Shown here: piece after piece, positions 54,200 through 64,000 of the stretch
Layout of the letters: each line of letters opens with the position of its first letter
Numbering within the stretch: position 1 is the first letter of the stretch
Origin: Cycas panzhihuaensis
Taxonomy: Eukaryota; Plantae; Cycadophyta
Assembly: GCA_023213395.1 (NCBI GenBank)
Contig: CM041465.1
Span: 188,425,741 to 188,489,740 of the forward strand
Reading direction: 5' to 3'
DNA length: 64,000 nt
Made by a program: the position numbers and the translations under genes
Notes under the pieces: generated by a model
The model's input: the letters and a program-made list of their open reading frames with translations, nothing else
Told to the model about the DNA's origin: nothing
Databases searched by the model: none

Positions 54200-57100
54200 C
54201 CTTGATTTAATGTTGACCTTGAAGAAATCTAAGTTTAAATAGTGGAAAGATAGATACCGAGATGACCTATACTTTATAGAAGCATATAAAATGTTGAATT
54301 TGGAATTAATGACACATAAACAATAGTATAAAAGATTCTTTTTAACTAATGGATTATTATATAAATTAGGTGCTTCAAGTATGTGCCAATAGGTTGGTGT
54401 CAAAGATAGTTAATTCAATAAATTTAACATCATCTTATAGTAGGACACTTCGATCTTAAGAAAATCATGACAAAAATGCATTGTTTCTCCTTTTAAACAA
54501 GGTTGTTATATGATGTGACTAAGTGTTACCACTTCAAATAATACATAAAAATTTTGCTAGATGATTTTCAGTACTTTAGAGAAGGCTTATAATATGCAAG
54601 AACTGAGCAATAATAGAACCTTATATGGTAACCAAAATTAAAAAGTGAATGCATGAAGTGGTTGAGTTTTAAGAGATGTTAGTGAATGTGATGGAAGGGA
54701 ATTATGGTGATAAGCATCCTTGCTTATGTTTATAATAAGAAAATGATAGGTTGGTTTGATGCATATTAATTATGAAGACATAAGCTTAAGAAACTTAGAA
54801 ATGCTAAGTTCCCCTACATGGTGTTTTTCATGGGTTAATGTTTCATTGCAATCATCATTTTAGAAGGAAAAAATGATCAAGGGAGTCTTTTGAGATAGGA
54901 TAATCCACAAAATGATGAGATTGGGAGTAAGTGATAGTCATAAAGAGTTGTAAAGATGTAGAATGAAGTGCACTCAAGGAAAAACAAAGGAATTCTCATA
55001 GGTTGTATAAAGTATTCTTGCTAAAGAAAGGTTTTGAGAAGGTTAAAGCTATGATATGGTTATTTTCAAGGAGGTGAGGCATGAAGAAAATTATGACTAT
55101 CGATCACCAAATATGTGACCACATCCAAGGCTATTTGTGATGTAACATTTCTCTTACTTAGGGCAATAAAGGAAAGGTTTGAGGTTGAAATATTCCATGA
55201 ATGAGTAAATCACATAATAAATTAGGGCTATTGGATCAAGTACACATGGCAATATTTAGAGGGATTCATAGCCTAGCCCTATGCTTGATTATAGTAATAA
55301 AGGATACATAATGATTTGGGTAATCCATGAAGTGACTCTTCATAAAGTGATCTTGTAGTAAGGGAAATAATTTAAGACCATTTGATGAAAGCTATGTGAT
55401 GTTGATTAGAGCATTTCATATATGATGAACTCAGAAAGAGTTGTAAAGGGCAAGGTTGATTATAGTTTGAACATATCAATGAAGTGCAAACTCAAAAAAC
55501 AAGGTGGCAATAAAAAGGTGCATGATCACTTGAGTTTGTCATAGCGATAAATGCTCAATTAAGGTTTATGTATGTGAAGATCATGACCAAGATTGAAACT
55601 TTTTTCCTTGATGTCATTCATCACTTTTGATGAAACTCATTCATTAAGAGATAATAAATTATTAGCATAAAGTTTTCTTTGGGTAAAAGGAATGAATTTG
55701 AGAAACTTATTTTGCATTCATAATTTGTATATTATACTAATATGCTAATCATCAATGATATAATGGTCAACTATAATTTGTAGTATTGGGATTTATTTAA
55801 GGTAGAGAAGGATGGGAAAAAATATTTATGGCTAATAGGGATAATTTCAATAGGAACTACCCCCTTAGTGTTTTAATGCCCTAAGGTGGTATCATTGTTG
55901 ACTCAACAACTCCAACCAAAGTAATAATACATCATCAATCCAAAAGATTAGGTAATTTGTAGACTTCCACATGAAATTTTATGGATAATTCTATCGTACA
56001 TATTCTATAGTTACTTATAACTAATCCAGGCTTGAAGAAACCATGAGGAAAGATAAAGAAGTAACTAGTGTAATATCTAGTTGGATGATTAAGCTACTTA
56101 AGCATGATTGAAAGAGAAAGGACATATGTTATGAAGGGTTGATTAATCACACTCACCTTTGGGTTTCCTCAATGGATAATATGTTTGGATTTAAAGATTG
56201 CTCTAAATTGGATTTACTACATGCATACATCATTTCTCAAAGCCAAAGGATAGGTTTTCTCTTAGACTAGGTGATGATACTCAATGATACTATTGTTAAG
56301 TAGTTAAAGTAAATGTTTACTAGTTGTAATTTCTATATGATTGGTTATTTAGTCTATGTTGTTTTGGAACATTAAATTTGCCTAATTTTCTCTAGGACAA
56401 GGAGACACATAACAAAGATTTCCTCATTCATTTCAAGTTCTCTAAGGTGTGGCATATAAAAGCATATTTGTTTCTTCATGAATTATCAAGTGATTTTTTC
56501 TATGTTATAGGAAAGTTATACTATGAGCTTCTTAGAATAGATGAAGATGTAAGGAAGTAACTCAAGGGAATAAAGTAAAAAAGAAATGGTAATTTTTATT
56601 TATATAAGGATTTTTCTACCATTTACTTGTATGGATATCAACATTATGCCTTATATCTACCTAAGTATCCTCCTACTTAGATTTGTTACATGGAAGTATA
56701 TATATAATTATCATTAATAAGGGCTAGGTTGTACCCAAAATAGAAGAAAACCCTTTACTAGATATGGTTGGTATGGATTAGGTACTAGGAAATAATTGTA
56801 TGCATAGATGGATAAATATATGGTGTGTACCCCATTAAAAGTACACAAGTTAAGGAACACTCCAAAAATATATCATGACCCAGATGCGATGATGCACAAA
56901 TACTTAATAACTCTACATATGCCATATCATGAGAACATATATGATGCTCTGAAGGGTTTTAGATACTTAGAACCTAAGACAAAGAATTTTATAGTAAATC
57001 CTTGGTTTGCTCTTAGATAATAATGATGGGTCTAGTGCTATTGAGCCTAACTTCTAGAGCAATGATGGGCTAATGATAAAAAATATGGGAAATAGTGATT

Positions 57101-60100
57101 TGTTAAGGGATGATATCCCGTTCTTGAAGAAAAGCATATAGGCATTGACTAGACATATAATCAAAAGAGAAAAGCTCCTTCACCTAATACTCCCCCCCTC
57201 AAATGATGAATCCTTACCTTGCACCATAACCTTCACTAAAGCTAACACCTTAACAACCATAAAATGTTGACTCCAAAAGGTGGAATTTATATAAGGAGAA
57301 TAGACATTATTAAAAGCCCTATTATCTTCAACTATTGTTAATAAATGGGGCACCATAAAATAGATAAGGATTATCCAAGTTATGGGAGGAAGAAACTAAA
57401 TAAGCAAGTAGATAGACATGTTAGTTATTCTAATGATAAGTAATATGATAACTAGTAACATCTCTAATATTCTATTAAAGTGACATCATTAGTAGTTACT
57501 ATAGTAGGGATTGAGTTGGGCATGAATTTCTCCATTATAAAAACAATCACTCCCATGGGATAGAAGAATATGGCAGTTAACCTAATACCTATGGAGCAAT
57601 AAATCATATAGTAAGAGCCTACTCTCACCTAAGAAGGCCTACATCATGTGGAGATGATAGAGGTATTAGATTATTTACCCTTAGAAATGTAATAATAAAC
57701 ACCATTGTAGGCAACATAAGTAGTAAGTGATATTCCCCAATAACACATACAAATAGATCTATCTTAAGGGAGATGTGGAAGAGTAGCCAATTGTGTTGGA
57801 TCCTTGGGTGGAAGAACAAATGAAGGCTAAAAGATTAGGCTCCACTAAAGCTTAAGCTTTAACTATTGATGAGAAAGATAAAGAAATATTTTACTATTGG
57901 AATATGGATGACAAGGTGTTGCAAAAGATGATAGATAAAGGAAAAAAACAAGTAAATAGCTTTTCTTGGTCCATGCATGAGGAATCGATACTAGAGTTCA
58001 TGTAGTTTCACTTGACCATTAGTAAAAGGATGAGGGACAAAGTCAATTTCATCCAGTCACTACTAGAAAAATGTAATGCAAAGAACTAGACCTAAAAAAT
58101 AAAGAATATAGCTCTAAATAATAATGTTAATAATTTAGATTAGATTTGGGAAAGACTATCATTGCAACCTTTATAGGTAGGAGTTTTAAAGGAAATGGAA
58201 AAAGTGCTAGATAATATAGACAAAGGGAGAAAGGACATTCAATTAATGGGAAATATAGTAGAAATGTATGCCTAAGAAGGTTATAAATTAGCTCCTAGGT
58301 TGGAAATTTATAGATTATCTAATCAAAAGGGTGTATAGCATGGTATAAGTTGTTTTTAAGGAAGAATTATAGGAGTTGAGTTTGTTCACCACATTAAAAT
58401 ATAAAGTGACTACACTCTCAATTATATAAAGCAATCTAGCTATGCTATTTACCTAACATTTTTAATATCTATTAAGCTTTAGTGTTTATAGTACTAGTGA
58501 AGTGGTAGGGGAAGCACAATAGCTTAAGAACTCTTTGGTTAAAATCTTATACTTTGATCTAGTTACCTTAATAGAGGGACATACCATCCTTTACCTAGGA
58601 TAGGAAGAGGAATTACTCATAAAAAGTGAACTTGTAGAGATGTTAAAGACTCAAGAAAAATAATTACTAAACAAAATCACCCTTGAAGAAGAGACCAAAC
58701 CTCATAAGCATATCGTACTTGTAGACTAACTAGCAAGAAAACCCTAAAAGATAAGGAAATTAGTTGATCCATGTTGAGGATGAAGTATATATGTTAGATT
58801 CTAATTTATGGTTGATGGGCTTATAACTACTCCCTTAATTTAAATAAGAGATACTAAGGAAGAATAAAGATCATCAATAAGTGAGTGGTTAGATGATAAA
58901 GTAGAAAATTAAAGGTGTAAGCCCAATGGAGATGTACAATGTTAATTACCAACCAAGTCTTAAGAGGCTGGATATTTAGGAGAAGAGATCAAATAAATGA
59001 AATTGGGTGTGATTCAATTAAGCTATGTGTTAATTTAGAGTTAATAAGCCCAGTACTAGTTTAGTAATTTAAAATATAAATAAGTAGCCCTGACAATTGA
59101 AGGAATCTTATGCCATTTAGACCATGTTGGCTACATGCATACCTACCACTCCTATTACTATCTAATAAGGTTGTTAAACATAGTGAGATGTCATAGATGG
59201 ATGGATGAGCATCCAAGAAAATATAAAAGGGAAGAGTTCAAAAAAATAAAGATTTAGACCTTATTAGATGTTATAGGTATAATCATTTCTTCTTTACTCT
59301 TCTTTCCTTTTTTCTTAGCCTTCTCTTTTCTTTCACTTTCCTTATAGTTCATGGGGTTTATATAACAAATCACCCTTCTTAGATAATAATATTAAATATA
59401 ACATAAATAAAATAATTATTATTTATATTTAGTAGGAGAAGGTACAACTTATTATCTAGGCTTTGAATGACAAGTCATTTGGTGTTATAATAACCATAGG
59501 GAATTCTGATATGCATTGCCTTTATCCTTAAGATAGAACCATTCCTTACACATCTACCTTATGTAATACCCATCTCCATGGTGGTGATCCCACATACCAA
59601 ATATAGGGATAGTGCCATGGACTTATTTTGGGACATAAGATGTATGGTTCAATAATTATTACCCTTTGGTAGTCTAAATCCTCCATTTAGATGTATGAGG
59701 TGATCCTTCTCTTTAAGAAGGGGTCACTTCCTTAGTGATGGGATATCTTTCTATTCATTTATTAATGATACTTTCTAATTCATATAAGTGGATATTAAGT
59801 TATCATATTTATGGGACCTACCACTAAGGATGCATCAATTATAGAAGGTCCATCTTAGTGGACATATTTTCATTCTCCATATATTTATTTATATTAATGC
59901 TTATTGGGTTTATTCAAGGAGTCATATTTTTGGTATCATAAAATCAAGAGGGAATGTAATGTCCTATCTATTACCTACTCCATATAAATAAACATTCTCA
60001 TTCCATTCCATATTCATAGGTTTAATTGATTTGACTATAGTTATACTTCTCTTTGATCTTTTATGAGAGGGACGTTGGAAGTTCTATTATGTCCATAAAT
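54200..60100 (+). mobile_element. Highly decayed Gypsy element: integrase fragments, extra 3' ORF relic, PPT and 3' LTR start
   Basis: FFLTNGLLYKLG, GHF, RDNK and NGQL integrase-like pieces (54300-56330); ORF-like region 56400-58900; PPT AAGAGGGAA 59946-59954 then TGTAATGTCC at 59955. LTR right end not resolved. Confidence 0.6.
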
Positions 60101-62257
60101 TCTTTTCAACATCATTTAAGACTTCTTTAAACATAGAAATATCTATAATTCTACCCTTTCTCAATCATATATAGGAAAGAGACCATAGGCACCATCATGC
60201 TTACGTACTATTCATCTTGACACCTTCATTATGGTCTTCTTCAAGTAATAAGCACAAGAAGGTTTACACATTCTTTTAGGATCATATGACCACCAAATGG
60301 ATCCTTCCAAGGTAACACATGATAAGGGGTATAATCTAGATCTTAAAAGTCTTCCATAGCTAATTTTAAGAAAATACCTTTATTCCTTGCTTAATCAAGA
60401 AAATTACATGAGTAATAAGAATCTTATAAGTCCTCTTTCATGTGTTTGAATTTATTAAAAGTGTTTATATGGTCTTCCTTATTTTTGGCCATAATGAGCT
60501 TTTTATTTATGTCTTATAATAGAGTTTGGTTTTATTTTTTGTATTTATAAAAATCTATCATTCATTATCTAAGCAAGCATTTTCTAGAAATTAAATTAAA
60601 ACACATTATAGAAGAACTTTTTAGTAGTAAATGCATATCACAAACTATATTTATATCCTAAGTAATAATTTATTATAAATGAATTTTCTTTCATTTACCT
60701 ATGGTAAAATTTTTTAAATAAAATGCATTCATAAGTTTACATTCATGTAATAGAAAATTTATTCATTTAAGAGATATAACATATAGTTTTAGCTTATGCC
60801 TTAATACAAAATAATTCATTGTATATAATAATTATTACTTATAAAGTCATACCATAAAATTGCCACTAAATCTAAAAAAAACTACTAATCATGTGAAGGT
60901 TTAAAGATAACTTGTTTTTAGTTTAAACACTCTCTATTTATTTATGAGATATATTAGGAATTATCTTTTTAACCCATAAAGAAAGTCTAAAATAGATACT
61001 ATTGAAGTTATTTTTAAACTAGGAAAATTTTTTAAGTGTAGCATGGGTTTGCTACATCATATTTATATGGATTTGATGTATGTAGGGCTATACCCCACTT
61101 AGAAAAATGTACTAATCATCTAAACATATTTAATATTAAGTTTATCTTAAAGTATCTTAATAAAACAACCATAACTTTATCCCTGGTTATTATATTGACC
61201 TAAATTTTGGATAACATATTCGTATGGATATGGCACACACACTTATACTTGGCCATGCAAATTTCTATATAACCATTTAACTTATTTTAAATCTATTAAA
61301 ATTTGGATAATTTTTTCAAGCATTTTCAGGGGCTTTTAAACTAAATAAATGATGGAAAAGTATTTATAAGTGAATATAGAACATTTATTATGAATAACAA
61401 ATGTTAACTAAGTTTATAAATAATGTATCACCACTTCAAAATAATTAGTGAAAGCCTAATTCTTTAATACTCATACAAATATCATAATATTAAGTATGTA
61501 TATCTTATTTATGGGAGAATATGGGCTAATAATGATACCCTCATGGTGTGATCCTCACTTAAACTTACTATTGTAGATCAATAGGGAGAACTCATGATAT
61601 GCCTTTCTTGTGCATTCATTCTTCTTTCACTTCTTATTCTAATAACATGTCCATATATTCATTCTCTATATATTTATTTAACTCTCTATATATTTATATA
61701 AAAGAGTATTTAGAGAAGGAGGAGGCTTGTTGAAGAAGCTAGCTCTACTATTGACAAATGAGAGGTCACCTCTTACATGATACTTCATGTTTTGGCTTTA
61801 TAACTTAAATTTGAGTTAAATATCTTGAATGAAGTACTTTCCTTAAATGTTATGCAATACCTCTTTTAGTATATTAAGCTTAACTACTTTACTTTTCTAC
61901 CTTCAATTTAAAATATATTTAATTCAAGACTGTCTTTAAATGTTAAAGGAGTTAAATTCCATCTTGTGACAGTTTGATAGTATGTTATTCTTCTCATGCT
62001 TATATTCAATAGGATAAACTCATATCAGAATCTTAGGTTATAGGTAAAAGCTCCAAAATAGTGGATATGCTAAGTGCGTTGAAGTTATATAAATGCTATG
62101 TTTATCTACTCTCCAAATTTTAGTCCTAGCTTTACCAAGGACTTAGAGAGTTTATTACTTCTCCTTATGTAAATTATTTTCTCTTAATGATTTTGAGTTG
62201 TCGATACAAGACATTGAGTTCTACCTATATACTTGAAATATAGTTAGATATTTATAA

Positions 62258-62543
<286 letters not shown>

Positions 62544-64000
62544 ATTTCGAATTCTATTATTAAGAGTCTTTCTAGTAATAGGATTAGTGAATAAATATAT
62601 TTTAAATCTTGTGAGATGTCATTTCAAGATAGTGAATGCCATTTTCCTTTTCCTCTTCTTCCTTGAGTTGTAAGTCTTATTTTCCTATGAGGTTGAATAG
62701 TTTAATATTGTCTGGCTATTAAATTAAAGGAAAATATCAGATGTATACATCTAGTTTTTATTGGTCTTCTCTATATTACCTTCTTCTAATTTGAAATCTT
62801 ATTAGTCAATTGGTAAGCTAAATAATTTAGTATTACTGATATGCCTAGGTACTAGCATGATTTTCTATTAAATTATTTTCTTATTTTATAACTCGTCACA
62901 TTCTTCCATAATATATTATAGTAGGTAGTTATTTATGTATTATCTTACTATATTACCTAAATAATTTTATGATAAGGAATCACCCCTTTGAAGCAAAGGG
63001 TCTTTTATTCCCTAATTTTGACCCTTGTCCCTAAGCTAAACTTAAATAATTATAAATGTGTCATACTCTAAATATGTATTTTTTTTAGATAGTATAAATA
63101 TAATGGGAAATAAGAAAATGATAACCAAATTAAGGACTAGTCAGTCTAAAGTTATATTATACTTTTTCCTAAAATTTTATTTTTATATAGAAGATAGTTA
63201 GGTTAGTAGAATAGAAAAGAAGGCCCCATATTAGGTTTCTTAAGAGTAATAGTATAGGGGAAATTTTTGTGTGACTTTTAGACTAAAGAATGGGGAGGCC
63301 ATCTATAGACCAATAAAAGGGCAAAGGTTCATATGACCTAACTCTAGACATAAGGAAATAGGCCTAGGCTAGAGAAGGGAGTCTAATAACTTCTTGTTAG
63401 GACGCTCATATGCCTTGTGGATATGAGTGTAGAGTTGCAAGGTGAATCGAGAGAGTAAAGGGATGTGTGTAGGGAAAAAGGGATGATTTAAATCAAATAA
63501 ACTCTTAAATTAAGCTAGACTAGGCTAAGCCAAGTAACATATAATGAAATAAATAAGTAAACGTGTATGCAATTGAAGAATCTTAAAGAAAAAGTATCTA
63601 ACTAAGCAAATGCCCTTAGACGAGTTAAATAGTACCTAGGAAAAATCCCTAAATACCCTAGGCGTTATTGGGGTATGAATGCCCCAAAGACTAATGTGAT
63701 ATTTCTAACCTAGTTCTAGACCCTGATCTTCTGAGGGTATTGACGTAATCTATCCTATCTAATTAAACACAAATCTTCATTGATTCAATTAAGAAAGAAG
63801 AAGGAGGATTACCCAGAAGAGAGAATAAGAGGAATTAGACCATAAGTTAAGGACCTACTTATGGGATAGTTTGTAGGGACTCTCTTACTTGATAACATCC
63901 CACCTATAAGTGTAGGAAGCCTAAGGATGTCTATATCTAATTCTAATTAATCTCAATTTCTAAGAGGTGAAGAAATAGTAAATTTTAGTGCGACAAAAGG

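Noticed and set aside
61037-61056. Palindrome TGTAGCA-TGGGTT-TGCTACA with TG..CA ends
   Set aside because: Only a 7-bp stem and no TSD; compatible with chance or an unresolvable LTR scar.

Overview
Very AT-rich eukaryotic DNA, almost certainly from a large-genome land plant (gymnosperm-like by inference). It is a deeply nested graveyard of Ty1/Copia and Ty3/Gypsy LTR retrotransposons, heavily eroded by C>T/G>A transitions. Best-resolved structures: (i) a young Copia 3' end (1-1289) inserted into the RT of an older minus-strand Copia (1290-6713); (ii) a triple nest of LTRs (6954-8240); (iii) a full-length Copia with perfect AGAAG TSD (10511-19113) inside the 3' LTR of a Tat/Ogre-like Gypsy (to 23979); (iv) two non-autonomous Copia derivatives (24166-27899, 43200-45546), each inserted into a Gypsy RNase H and each keeping one continuous Gag-N to RNaseH-tail reading frame; (v) several chromodomain-type Gypsy relics; and (vi) a 1.1 kb (TA)n array that grew inside a Gypsy RT codon stretch. 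The only convincing host-gene signal is a CpG-preserving minus-strand terminal exon (34406 to about 33690) with branch point and acceptor. It implies an upstream intron that may exceed 29 kb, in which all recognisable coding retroelements are antisense to the gene. No intact protein-coding gene, RNA gene or CRISPR array is present. Coordinates of degenerate elements were read by eye and are approximate unless TSD/LTR ends are quoted.
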